Positions 11,101-26,100 of a stretch of 64,000 nt of DNA are shown one piece after another. Where the stretch lies: contig CM059438.1 of the NCBI GenBank assembly GCA_030390025.1, positions 53,818,001-53,882,000 of the forward strand. The letters run 5' to 3'. Positions within the stretch are counted from its first letter, which is position 1; the number at the start of each line of letters is the position of its first letter. Under the pieces are notes generated by a model. The model saw only the letters and a list, made by a program, of their open reading frames with translations. It made no database searches and was not told where the DNA came from. Both the position numbers and the translations under genes were made by a program. This DNA is from Squalus acanthias. Its lineage: Eukaryota.

Positions 11101-14100
11101 TCACAGCTCATTGCACGGACTCCACTGTCACAGCTCACTGCACGGACTCCACTGTCACAGCTCATTGCACGGACTCCACTGTCACAGCTCACTGCACGGA
11201 CTCCACTGTCACAACTCACTGTATGGACTCCACTGTCACAGCTCACTGTATGGACTCTACTGTCACAGCTCACTGCACGAACTCTACTGTCACAGCTCAT
11301 TGCACGGACTCCACTGTCACAGCTCACTGCACGGACTCCACTGTCACAGCTCATTGCACGGACTCCACTGTCACAGCTCACTGCACGGACTCCACTGTCA
11401 CAGCTCACTGTATGGACTCCACTGTCACAGCTCACTGCACAGACTCCACTGTCACACAGCTCACTGCACGGACTCCACTGTCACAGCTCACTGCACAGAC
11501 TCCACTGTCACACAGCTCACTGCACGGACTGCACTGTCACAGCTCACTGCACGTACTCCACTGTCACAGCTCACTGCACGAACTCTACTGTCACAGCTCA
11601 TTGCACGGACTCCACTGTCACAGCTCACTGCACGGACTCCACTGTCACAGCTCATTGCACGGACTCCACTGTCACAGCTCACTGCACGGACTCCACTGTC
11701 ACAGCTCACTGTATGGACTCCACTGTCACAGCTCACTGCACAGACTCCACTGTCACAACTCACTGCACGGACTCCACTGTCACAGCTCACTGCTCAGACT
11801 CCACTGTCACAGCTCACTGCACGGACTCCACTGTCACAGCTCACTGGACGGACTCCACTGTCACAGCTCACTTCACGGACTCCACTGTTACAGCTCACTG
11901 CACAGACTCCGCTGTCAAAGCTCACTGCACGGACTCCACTGTTACAGCTCACTGCACAGACTCCACTGTCACAGCTCACTGCACGGACTCCACTGTCACA
12001 GCTCACTGCACGGACTCCACTGTCACAGCTCACTGCACGGACTCCACTGTCACAGCTCACTGCACAGACTCCACTGTCACACAGCTCACTGCACGGACTC
12101 CACTGTCACAGCTCACTGCACGGACTCCACTGTCACAGCTCACTGCACGGACTCCACTGTCACAGCTCACTGCACGGACTCCACTGTCACAGCTCACTGC
12201 ACGACTCACTGTCACAGCTCACTGCACAGACTCCACTGTCACACAGCTCACTGCACGGACTCCACTGTCACAGCTCACTGCACGGACTCCACTGTCACAG
12301 CTCACTGCACGGACTCCACTGTCACAGCTCACTGCACGGACTCCACTGTCACCAGCTCACTGCACGGACTCCACTGTCACACAGCTCACTGCACGGACTC
12401 CACTGTCACAGCTCACTGCACGGACTCCACTGTCACAGCTCACTGCACAGACTCCACTGTCACAGCTCACTGCACAGTCTCCACTGTCACAGCTCACTGC
12501 ACAGTCTCCACTGTCACAGCTCACTGCACAGTCTCCACTGTCACAGCTCCGTGCACGGACTCCACTGTCACACAGCTCACTGCACAGTCTCCACTGTCTA
12601 TCTCACTGCACGGACTCCACTGTCACAGCTCACTGCACAGTCTCCACTGTCTATCTCACTGCACGGACTCCACTGTCACAGCTCACTGCACAGTCTCCAC
12701 TGTCACAGCTCACTGCACGAACTCCACTGTCACAGCTCACTGCACGGACTCCACTGTCACAGCTCACTGCACGGACTCCACTGTCACAGCTCACTGCACA
12801 GTCTCCACTGTCACAGCTCACTGCACAGTCTCCACTGTCACAGCTCACTGCACAGTCTCCACTGTCTATCTCACTGCACGGACTCCACTGTCACAGCTCA
12901 CTGCACAGTCTCCACTGTCACAGCTCACTGCACAGTCTCCACTGTCACAGCTCACTGCACAGTCTCCATGTCTATCTCACTGCACGGACTCCACTGTCAC
13001 AGCTCACTGCACGTCTCCACGGTCACATCACACTGCCCGACTCCACTGTCACAGCTCACTGCACAGTCTCACTGTCACCAGCTCACTGCACGGACTCCAC
13101 TGTCACAGCTCACTGACGGACTCATGTCACAGCTCACTGCCGGACTCCACTGTCACAGCTCACTGCACGGACTCCACTGTCACAGCTCACTGTCAAGTCT
13201 CCACTGTCACAGCTCACTGCACGGACTCCACTGTCACAGCTCACTGCACGGACTCCACTGTCACACGCTCACTGCACGGACTCCACTGTCACAGCTCACT
13301 GCACAGACTCACTGTCACAGCTCACTGCACGGACTCCACTGTCACAGCTCACTGCACGGACTCCACTGTCACAGCTCACTGTATGGACTCACTGTCACAG
13401 CTCACTGCACGACTCCACTGTCACAGCTCACTGCACGGACTCCACTGTCACAGCTCACTGCACGGACTCACTGTCACAGCTCACTGAAGGACTCCACTGT
13501 CACAGCTCACTGCACGGACTTCACTGTCACAGTCACTGCACTGACTCCACTGTCACAGCTCACTGTATGGACTCCACTGTCACAGCTCACTGCACGAACT
13601 CCACTGTCACAGCTCACTGCACAGTCTCCACTGTCACAGCTCACTGCACGGACTCCACTGTCACAGCTCACTGCACAGTCTCCACTGTCACAGCTCACTG
13701 CACGACTCCACTGTCACAGCTCACTGCACGGACTCCACTGTCACAGCTCACTGCACGGACTCCACTGTCACAGCTCACTGCACAGTCTCCACTGTCACAG
13801 CTCACTGCACAGTCTCCACTGTCACAGCTCACTGCACAGTCTCCACTGTCTATCTCACTGCACGGACTCCACTGTCACAGCTCACTGCACAGTCTCCACT
13901 GTCACAGCTCACTGCACAGTCTCCACTGTCACAGCTCACTGCACAGTCTCCACTGTCTATCTCACTGCACGGACTCCACTGTCACAGCTCACTGCACGGA
14001 CTCCACTGTCACAGCTCACTGCACAGTCTCCACTGTCACAGCTCACTGCACGGACTCCACTGTCACAGCTCACTGCACAGTCTCCACTGTCACAGCTCAC

Positions 14101-17100
14101 TGCACGACTCCACTGTCACAGCTCACTGCACAGACTCCACGTCACAGCTCACTGCACGGACTCACTGTCACAGCTCACTGCACGGACTCCACTGTCACAA
14201 GCTCACTGCACGGACTCCACTGTCACAAGCTCACTGCACAGTCTCCACTGTCATAGCTCACTTCACGGACTCCACTGTCACAGCAGCTCACTGCACGCAC
14301 TCCACTGTCACAGCCTCACTGCACGGACTTCCACTGTCACAGCTCACTGCACGGACTCCACTGTCACAGCTCACTGTAATGGACTCCACTGTCACAGCTC
14401 ACTGCACGGACTCCACTGTCACACAGCCTCACTGCACGGACTTCCACTGTCACACAGCTCACTGCAGGGACTCCACTGTCACAGCCTCACTGTATGGACT
14501 CCACTGTCACAGCTCACTCCACGGACTCCAACTGTCACAGCTCACTGCACAGACTCCACTGTCACAGCTCACTGCGACAGTCTCCACTGTCACAGCTCAC
14601 TGTAATAGACTCCACTGTCACAGCTCACTGCACGGACTCCACTGTCACAGCTCACTGCACGAACTCCACTGTCACAGCTCACTGCACGGACTCCACTGTC
14701 ACAGCTCACTGCACGGACTCCACTGTCACAGCTCACTGCACGGACTCCACTGTCACAGCTCACTGCACGGACTCCACTGTCACAGCTCACTGCACGGACT
14801 CCACTGTCACAGCTCACTGCATGGACTCCACTGTCACAGCTCACTGCACGACTCCACTGTCACAGCTCACTGCACGGACTCCACTGTCACAGCTCACTGC
14901 ACGGACTCCACTGTCACAGCTCACTGCACGGACTCCACTGTCACAGCTCACTGCACAGACTCCACTGTCACACAGCTCACTGCACGGACTCCACTGTCAC
15001 AGCTCACTGCACAGACTCCACTGTCACACAGCTCACTGCACGGACTCCACTGTCACAGCTCACTGCACGTACTCCACTGTCACAGCTCACTGCACGAACT
15101 CCACTGTCACAGCCACTGCACGGACTCCACTGTCACAGCTCACTGCACGGACTCAACTGTCACAGCTCACTGCACGGACTCCACTGTCACACAGCTCACT
15201 GCAGTCACTGACTCCACTGGTCACAGCTCACTGCTACGGACTCCACTTGTCACAGCTCACTGCACAGTCTCCACTGTCACAGCTCACTGCACGGACTCCA
15301 CTGTCACAGCTCACTGCTCAGGACTCCACCTGTCACAGCTCACTGCTCGGACTCCACTGTCACACAGCTCACTGCACGGACTCCACTGTCACACAGCTCA
15401 CAGCACGACTCATCACTGTCACAACAGCTCACTGCACGGACTTCCACTGTCACAGCTCACTGCACAACTCCACTGTCACAGTGCTCACTGCACGGACTCC
15501 ACTGTCACACAGCTCCTTTCACGGACCTCCACTGTCACAGCTTCACGTGCACGGACTCCACTGTCCACAGCTCACTGCAGCGGACTCCACTGTCACACAG
15601 CTCACTGCACGGACTCCACGGGCAACACAGGGGCTAAACGGGGGGCACGACTCACTGTGACAGCTCACTGCAACAGACTCCACTGTCACAGCTACACTGC
15701 ACGGACTCCACTGTGACAGCTCACTGCACAGACTCCACTGTCACAGCTCACTGCTACGGACTCCACTGTCACAGCTCACTGCACGGACTCCACTGTCACA
15801 GCTCACTGCACAGACTCCACTGTCACAGCTCACTGCACGGACTCCACTGTCACAGCTCACTGCTCAGACTCCACTGTCACAGCTCACTGCACGGACTCCA
15901 CTGTCACAGCTCACTGGACGACTCCACTGTCACAGCTCACTTCACGGGACTCCACTGTACAGCTCACTGCACAGACTCCGCTGTCACAGCTCACTGCACG
16001 GACTCCACTGTCACAGCTCACTGCACGACCCACTGTCACAGCTCCTGCACGCTCCCTGTCACAGCTCACTGCACACGGACTCCACTGTCACAGCTCACTG
16101 CACGGACTCCCACTGTCACAGCTCACTGCACGGACTCCACTGTCACAGAGCTCACTGCACAGACTCCACTGTCACACAGCTCACTGCACAGACTCCACTG
16201 TCACAGCTCACTGCACAGACTCCACTGTCACACAGCTCACTGCACGGACTCCACTGTCACAGCTCACTGCACGGACTCCACTGTCACAGAGCTCACTGCA
16301 CAGACTCCACTGTCACAGCTCACTGCACGGACTCCACTGTCACACAGCTCACTGCACGGACTCCACTGTCACACAGCTCACTGCACGGACTCCACTGTCA
16401 CAGCTCACTGCACGGACTCCACTGTCACAGCTCACTGCACAGACTCCACTGTCACAGCTCACTGCACAGTCTCCACTGTCACAGCTCACTGCACAGTCTC
16501 CACTGTCACAGCTCACTGCACAGTCTCCACTGTCACAGCTCACTGCACGGACTCCACTGTCACACAGCTCACTGCACAGTCTCCACTGTCTATCTCACTG
16601 CACGGACTCCACTGTCACAGCTCACTGCACAGTCTCCACTGTCACAGCTCACTGCACGGACTCCACTGTCACAGCTCACTGCACAGTCTCCACTGTCACA
16701 GCTCACTGCACGAACTCCACTGTCACAGCTCACTGCACGGACTCCACTGTCACAGCTCACTGCACGGACTCCACTGTCACAGCTCACTGCACAGTCTCCA
16801 CTGTCACAGCTCACTGCACAGACTCCACTGTCACAGCTCACTGCACAGTCTCCACTGTCTATCTCACTGCACGGACTCCACTGTCACAGCTCACTGCACA
16901 GTCTCCACTGTCACAGCTCACTGCACAGTCTCCACTGTCACAGCTCACTGCACAGTCTCCACTGTCTATCTCACTGCACGGACTCCACTGTCACAGCTCA
17001 CTGCACGGACTCCACTGTCACAGCTCACTGCACAGTCTCCACTGTCACAGCTCACTGCAACGGACTCCACTGTCACAGCTCACTGCACAGTCTCCACTGT

Positions 17101-20100
17101 CACAGCTCACTGCACGGACTCCACTGTCACAGCTCACTGCACAGGTCTCCACTGTCACAGCTCACTGCACGGACTCCACTGTCACAGCTCACTGCACAGT
17201 CTCCACTGTCACAGCTCACTGCACGGACTCCACTGTCACAGCTCACTGCACAGTCTCCACTGTCACAGCTCACTGCACGGACTCCACTGTCACACAGCTC
17301 ACTGCACAGTCTCCACTGTCACAGCTCACTGCACGGACTCCACTGTCACAGCTCACTGCACGGACTCCACTGTCACAGCTCACTGCACGGACTCCACTGT
17401 CACAGCTCACTGCACGGACTCCACTGTCACACAGCTCACTGCACGGACTCCACTGTCACACAGCTCACTGCACGGACTCCACTGTCACAGCTCACTGCAT
17501 GGACTCCACTGTCACAGCTCACTGCACGGACTCCACTGTCACAGCTCACTGCACAGACTCCACTGTCACAGCTCACTGTATGGACTCCACTGTCACAGCT
17601 CACTGCACGAACTCCACTGTCACAGCTCACTGCACGGACTCCACTGTCACAGCTCACTGCACGGACTCCACTGTCACAGCTCACTGCACGGACTCCACTG
17701 TCACAGCTCACTGCACGGACTCCACTGTCACAACTCACTGTATGGACTCCACTGTCACAGCTCACTGTATGGACTCTACTGTCACAGCTCACTGCACGAA
17801 CTCCACTGTCACAGCTCACTGCACGGACTCCACTGTCACAGCTCACTGCACGGACTCCACTGTCACAGCTCACTGCACGGACTCCACTGTCACAGCTCAC
17901 TGCACGGACTCCACTGTCACAGCTCACTGTATGGACTCCACTGTCACAGCTCACTGCACAGACTCCACTGTCACACAGCTCACTGCACGGACTCCACTGT
18001 CACAGCTCACTGCACAGACTCCACTGTCACACAGCTCACTGCACGGACTGCACTGTCACAGCTCACTGCACGTACTCCACTGTCACAGCTCACTGCACGA
18101 ACTCTACTGTCACAGCTCATTGCACGGACTCCACTGTCACAGCTCACTGCACGGACTCCACTGTCACAGCTCATTGCACGGACTCCACTGTCACAGCTCA
18201 CTGCACGGACTCCACTGTCACAGCTCACTGTATGGACTCCACTGTCACAGCTCACTGCACAGACTCCACTGTCACAACTCACTGCACGGACTCCACTGTC
18301 ACAGCTCACTGCTCAGACTCCACTGTCACAGCTCACTGCACGGACTCCACTGTCACAGCTCACTGGACGGACTCCACTGTCACAGCTCACTGCACGGACT
18401 CCACTGTTACAGCTCACTGCACAGACTCCACTGTCACAGCTCACTGCACGGACTCCACTGTCACAGCTCACTGCACGGACTCCACTGTCACAGCTCACTG
18501 CACGGACTCCACTGTCACAGCTCACTGCACGGACTCCACTGTCACAGCTCACTGCACGGACTCCACTGTCACAGCTCACTGCACAGACTCCACTGTCACA
18601 GCTCACTGCACGGACTCCACTGTCACAGCTCACTGCACAGACTCCACTGTCACAGCTCACTGCACGGACTCCACTGTCACAGCTACTGCACGGACTCACT
18701 GTCACAGCTCACTGCACGGACTCCACTGTCACAGCTCACTGCACGGACTCCACTGTCACACAGCTCACTGCACGGACTCCACTGTCACAGCTCACTGCAC
18801 GGACTCCACTGTCACACAGCTCACTGCACGGACTCCACTGTCACAGCTCACTGCACGGACTCCACTGTCACAGCTCACTGCATGACTCCACTGTCACAGC
18901 TCACTGCACGGACTCCACTGTCACAGCTCACTGCACGGACTCCACTGTCACAGCTCACTGCACTGACTCCACTGTCACAGATCACTGCACTGACTCCACT
19001 GTCACAGCTCACTGCACGGACTCCACTGTCCCCACAGCTCACTGCACGGACTCCACTGTCCACAGTCACTGCACGGACTCCACTGACAAAGCTCACTGCA
19101 CTGAGCTCCACTGTCACAGCTCACTGCACACGGACTCCACTGTACATCTCACTGCACAGGACTCCCCTGTCAGCTCACTTGCACGGAACTCCACTGTCAC
19201 ACTGCTCACTGCACCGGACTCCACTGTCACAGCTCACTGCACGGACTCCACTGTCACAGCTCACTGGCAACGTCTCTGTCAAGCACGGACTCCACTGTCA
19301 CAGCTCCCTGCACGGACTCCACTGTTACGCTCACTGCACAGGACTCCACTGTCACACTCACTGCACGGACTCCACTGTTGACAGCTCACTGAGGCTCACG
19401 TCAGTCCAAATCCACTGTCACACAGCTCACTGTCTCGGACTCCCATGTCACAGCTCACTGCACACGACCTCCACTGTCACAGCTCACTGCACGGACTCCA
19501 CTGTCACAGCTCACTGCACGGACTCCACTGTCACAGCTCACTGCACGGACTCCACTGTCACAGCTCACTGCACGGACTCCACTGTCACAGCTCACTGCAC
19601 GGACTCCACTGTCACAGCTCACTGCACGGACTCCACTGTCACAGCTCACTGCACGGACTCCACTGTCACAGCTCACTGCACGGACTCCACTGTCACACAG
19701 CTCACTGCACGGACTCCACTGTCACAGCTCACTGCACGGACTCCACTGTCACAGCTCACTGCACNNNNNNNNNNNNNNNNNNNNNNNNNNNNNNNNNNNN
19801 NNNNNNNNNNNNNNNNNNNNNNNNNNNNNNNNNNNNNNNNNNNNNNNNNNNNNNNNNNNNNNNNNNNNNNNNNNNNNNNNNNNNNNNNNNNNNNNNNNNN
19901 NNNNNNNNNNNNNNNNNNNNNNNNNNNNNNNNNNNNNNNNNNNNNNNNNNNNNNNNNNNNNNNNTGCACGGACTCCACTGTCACAGCTCACTGCACGGAC
20001 TCCACTGTCACAGCTCACTGCAGGACTCCACTGTCACAGCTCACTGCACAGACTCCACTGTCACAGCTCACTGCACGGACTCCACTGTCACAGCTCACTG

Positions 20101-23100
20101 CACGGACTCCACTGTCACACAGCTCACTGCACGGACTCCACTGTCACAGCTCACTGCACTACTGACTCACTCCACTGTCACAGCTCACTGCACGAACTCC
20201 ACTGTCACAGCTCACTGCACGACTCCACTGTCACAGCTCACTGCACGGACTCCACTGTCACAGCTCACTGCACGACTCCACTGTCACACAGCTCACTGCA
20301 CGGACTCCAATGTCACAGCTCACTGCACAGTCTCCACTGTCACAGCTCACTGCACGGACTCCACTGTCACAGCTCACTGCACGGACTCCACTGTCACAGC
20401 TCACTGCACGAACTCCACTGTCACAGCTCACTGCACGGACTCCACTGTCACAGCTCACTGCACGGACTCCACTGTCACAGCTCACTGCACGGACTCCACT
20501 GTCACAGCTCACTGCACGGACTCCACTGTCACAGCTCACTGCACGGACTCCACTGTCACAGCTCACTGCACGGACTCCACTGTCACAGCTCACTGCACGA
20601 ACTCTACTGTCACAGCTCACTGCACGGACTCCACTGTCACACAGCTCACTGCACGGACTCCACTGTCACACAGCTCACTGCACGGACTCCACTGTCACAG
20701 CTCACTGCACGGACTCCACTGTCACAGCTCACTGCACGGACTCCACTGTCACAGCTCACTGCACGGACTCCACTGTCACAGCTCACTGCACGGACTCCAC
20801 TGTCACAGCTCACTGCACGGACTCCACTGTCACAGCTCACTGCACGGACTCCACTGTCACAGCTCACTGCACGGACTCCACTGTCACAGCTCACTGCACG
20901 ACTCCACTGTCACAGCTCACTGCACGGACTCCACTGTCACAGCTCACTGCACGGACTCCACTGTCACAGCTCACTGCACGGACTCCACTGTCACAGCTCA
21001 CACACTCACACTGTTCAGCTCACTGCACGACTCCACTGTCACAGCTCACTGCACGGACTCCACTGTCACAGCTCACTGCACGGACTCCACTGTCACAGCT
21101 CACTGCACGGACTCCACTGTCACAGCTCACTGCACGGACTCCACTGTCACAGCTCACTGCACGGACTCCACTGTCACAGCTCACTGCACGGACTCCACTG
21201 TCACAGCTCACTGCACGGACTCCACTGTCACAGCTCACTGCACGGACTCCACTGTCACAGCTCACTGCACGGACTCCACTGTCACAGCTCACTGCACGGA
21301 CTCCACTGTCACAGCTCACTGCACAGACTCCACTGTCACAGCTCACTGCACGGACTCCACTGTCACAGCTCACTGCACGGACTCCACTGTCACAGCTCAC
21401 TGCACGGACTCCACTGTCACAGCTCACTGCACGGACTCCACTGTCACAGCTCACTGCACGGACTCCACTGTCACAGCTCACTGCACGACTCCACTGTCAC
21501 AGCTCACTGCACAGACTCCACTGTCACAGCTCACTGCACGACTCCACTGTCACAGCTCACTGCACGGACTCCACTGTCACAGCTCACTGCACGGACTCCA
21601 CTGTCACAGCTCACTGCACGGACTCCACTGTCACAGCTCACTGCACGGACTCCACTGTCACAGCTCACTGCACGGACTCCACTGTCACAGCTCACTGCAC
21701 GGACTCCACTGTCACAGCTCACTGCACGGACTCCACTGTCACAGCTCACTGCACGGACTCCACTGTCACAGCTCACTGCACGGACTCCACTGTCACAGCT
21801 CACTGCACGAACTCCACTGTCACAGCTCACTGCACGGACTCCACTGTCACAGCTCACTGCACGGACTCCACTGTCACAGCTCACTGCACGACTCCACTGT
21901 CACAGCTCACTGCACGGACTCCACTGTCACAGCTCACTGCACGGACTCCACTGTCACAGCTCACTGCACGGACTCCACTGTCACAGCTCACTGCACGGAC
22001 TCCACTGTCACAGCTCACTGCACGGACTCCACTGTCACAGCTCACTGCACGGACTCACTGTCACAGCTACTCACTGCACGGACTCCACTGTCACAGCTCA
22101 CTGCACGACTCCACTGTCACAGCTCACTGCACGGACTCCACTGTCACAGCTCACTGCACGGACTCCACTGTCACAGCTCACTGCACGGACTCCACTGTCA
22201 CAGCTCACTGCACGGACTCCACTGTCACAGCTCACTGCACGGACTCCACTGTCACAGCTCACTGCACGGACTCCACTGTCACAGCTCACTGCACGGACTC
22301 CACTGTCACAGCTCACTGCACGGACTCCACTGTCACAGCTCACTGCACGGACTCCACTGTCACAGCTCACTGCACGGACTCACTGTCACAGCTCACTGCA
22401 CGGACTCCACTGTCACAGCTCACTGCACGGACTCCACTGTCACAGCTCACTGCACGGACTCCACTGTCACAGCTCACTGCACGGACTCCACTGTCACAGC
22501 TCACTGCACGGACTCCACTGTCACAGCTCACTGCACGGACTCCACTGTCACAGCTCACTGCACGGACTCCACTGTCACAGCTCACTGCACGGACTCCACT
22601 GTCACAGCTCACTGCACGGACTCCACTGTCACAGCTCACTGCACGGACTCCACTGTCACAGCTCACTGCACGGACTCCACTGTCACAGCTCACTGCACGG
22701 ACTCCACTGTCACACAGCTCACTGCACGGACTCCACTGTCACAGCTCACTGCACGGACTCCACTGTCACAGCTCACTGCACGGACTCCACTGTCACAGCT
22801 CACTGCACGGACTCCACTGTCACACAGCTCACTGCACGGACTCCACTGTCACAGCTCACTGCACGGACTCCACTGTCACAGCTCACTGCACGGACTCCAC
22901 TGTCACAGCTCACTGCACGGACTCCACTGTCACAGCTCACTGCACGGACTCCACTGTCACAGCTCACTGCACGGACTCCACTGTCACAGCTCACTGCACG
23001 GACTCCACTGTCACAGCTCACTGCACGGACTCCACTGTCACAGCTCACTGCACGGACTCCACTGTCACAGCTCACTGCACGGACTCCACTGTCACAGCTC

Positions 23101-26100
23101 ACTGCACGGACTCCACTGTCACAGCTCACTGCACGGACTCCACTGTCACAGCTCACTGCACGGACTCCACTGTCACACAGCTCACTGCACGGACTCCACT
23201 GTCACAGCTCACTGCACGGACTCCACTGTCACAGCTCACTGCACGACTCCACTGTCACAGCTCACTGCACGGACTCCACTGTCACAGCTCACTGCACGGA
23301 CTCCACTGTCACAGCTCACTGCACGGACTCCACTGTCACAGCTCACTGCACGGACTCCACTGTCACAGCTCACTGCACGGACTCCACTGTCACAGCTCAC
23401 TGCACGGACTCCACTGTCACAGCTCACTGCACGGACTCCACTGTCACAGCTCACTGCACGGACTCCACTGTCACAGCTCACTGCACAGACTCCACTGTCA
23501 CAGCTCACTGCACGGACTCCACTGTCACAGCTCACTGCACGGACTCCACTGTCACAGCTCACTGCACGGACTCCACTGTCACAGCTCACTGCACGGACTC
23601 CACTGTCACAGCTCACTGCACGGACTCCACTGTCACAGCTCACTGCACAGGACTCCACTGTCACAGCTCACTGCACGGACTCCACTGTCACAGCTCACTG
23701 CACGGACTCCACTGTCACAGCTCACTGCACGGACTCCACTGTCACAGCTCACTGCACGGACTCCACTGTCACAGCTCACTGCACGGACTCCACTGTCACA
23801 GCTCACTGCACGACTCCACTGTCACAGCTCACTGCACGGACTCCACTGTCACAGCTCACTGCACGACTCCACTGTCACAGCTCACTGCACGGACTCCACT
23901 GTCACAGCTCACTGCACGGACTCCACTGTCACAGCTCACTGCACGGACTCCACTGTCACAGCTCACTGCACGGACTCCACTGTCACAGCTCACTGCACGG
24001 ACTCCACTGTCACAGCTCACTGCACGGACTCCACTGTCACACAGCTCACTGCACGGACTCCACTGTCACAGCTCACTGCACGGACTCCACTGTCACAGCT
24101 CACTGCACGGACTCCACTGTCACAGCTCACTGCACGGACTCCACTGTCACAGCTCACTGCACGGACTCCACTGTCACAGCTCACTGCACGGACTCCACTG
24201 TCACAGCTCACTGCACGGACTCCACTGTCACAGCTCACTGCACGGACTCCACTGTCACAGCTCACTGCACGGACTCCACTGTCACAGCTCACTGCACGGA
24301 CTCCACTGTCACAGCTCACTGCACGGACTCCACTGTCACAGCTCACTGCACGGACTCCACTGTCACAGCTCACTGCACGGACTCCACTGTCACAGCTCAC
24401 TGCACGGACTCCACTGTCACAGCTCACTGCACGGACTCCACTGTCACAGCTCACTGCAGGACTCCACTGTCACAGCTCACTGCACGGACTCCACTGTCAC
24501 AGCTCACTGCACGGACTCCACTGTCACAGCTCACTGCACGGACTCCACTGTCACAGCTCACTGCACGGACTCCACTGTCACAGCTCACTGCACGGACTCC
24601 ACTGTCACAGCTCACTGCAACGGACTCCACTGTCACAGCTCACTGCACGACTCCACTGTCACAGCTCATTGCACGGACTCCACTGTCACAGCTCACTGCA
24701 CGGACCCACTGTCACAGCTCACTGCACGGACCTCCACTGTCACAGCTCACTGCACGAGACTCCACTGTCACAGCTCACTGCACGGACTCCACTGTCACAG
24801 CTCACTGCACTGGACTCCACTGTCACACAGCTCACTGCACGGACTCCACTGTCACAGCTCACTGCACGGACTCCACTGTCACAGCTCACTGCACGGACTC
24901 AACTGTCACAGCTCACTGCACGGACTACACTGTCACAGCTCACTGCACGGACTCCACTGTCACAGCTCACTGCACGGACTCCACTTGTCACAGCTCACTG
25001 CACGGACTCCACTGTCACAGCTCACTGCAAGGACTCCACTGTACAGCTACTGCACGGACTCCACTGTCACAAGCTCACTGCACGGACTCCACTGTCACAG
25101 CTCACTGCACGGACTCCACTGTCACAGCTCACTGCACGGACTCCACTGTCACAGCTCACTGCACGGACTCCACTGTCACAGCTCACTGCACGGACTCCAC
25201 TGTCACAGCTCACTGCACGGACTCCACTGTCACAGCTCACTGCACGGACTCCACTGTCACAGCTCACTGCACGGACTCCACTGTCACAGCTCACTGCACG
25301 GACTCCACTGTCACAGCTCACTGCACGGACTCCACTGTCACAGCTCACTGCACGGACTCCACTGTCACAGCTCACTGCACGGACTCCACTGTCACAGCTC
25401 ACTGCACGGACTCCACTGTCACAGCTCACTGCACGGACTCCACTGTCACAGCTCACTGCACGGACTCCACTGTCACAGCTCACTGCACGGACTCCACTGT
25501 CACAGCTCACTGCACGGACTCCACTGTCACAGCTCACTGCACGGACTCCACTGTCACAGCTCACTGCACGGACTCCACTGTCACAGCTCACTGCACGGAC
25601 TCCACTGTCACAGCTCACTGCACGGACTCCACTGTCACAGCTCACTGCACGGACTCCACTGTCACAGCTCACTGCACGGACTCCACTGTCACAGCTCACT
25701 GCACGGACTCCACTGTCACAGCTCACTGCACGGACTCCACTGTCACAGCTCACTGCACGGACTCCACTGTCACAGCTCACTGCACGGACTCCACTGTCAC
25801 AGCTCACTGCACGGACTCCACTGTCACAGCTCACTGCACGGACTCCACTGTCACAGCTCACTGCACGGACTCCACTGTCACAGCTCACTGCACGGACTCC
25901 ACTGTCACAGCTCACTGCACGGACTCCACTGTCACAGCTCACTGCACACTCCACTGTCACAGCTCACTGCACGGACTCCACTGTCACAGCTCACTGCACG
26001 GACTCCACTGTCACAGCTCACTGCACGGACTCCACTGTCACAGCTCACTGCACGGACTCCACTGTCACAGCTCACTGCACGGACTCCACTGTCACAGCTC

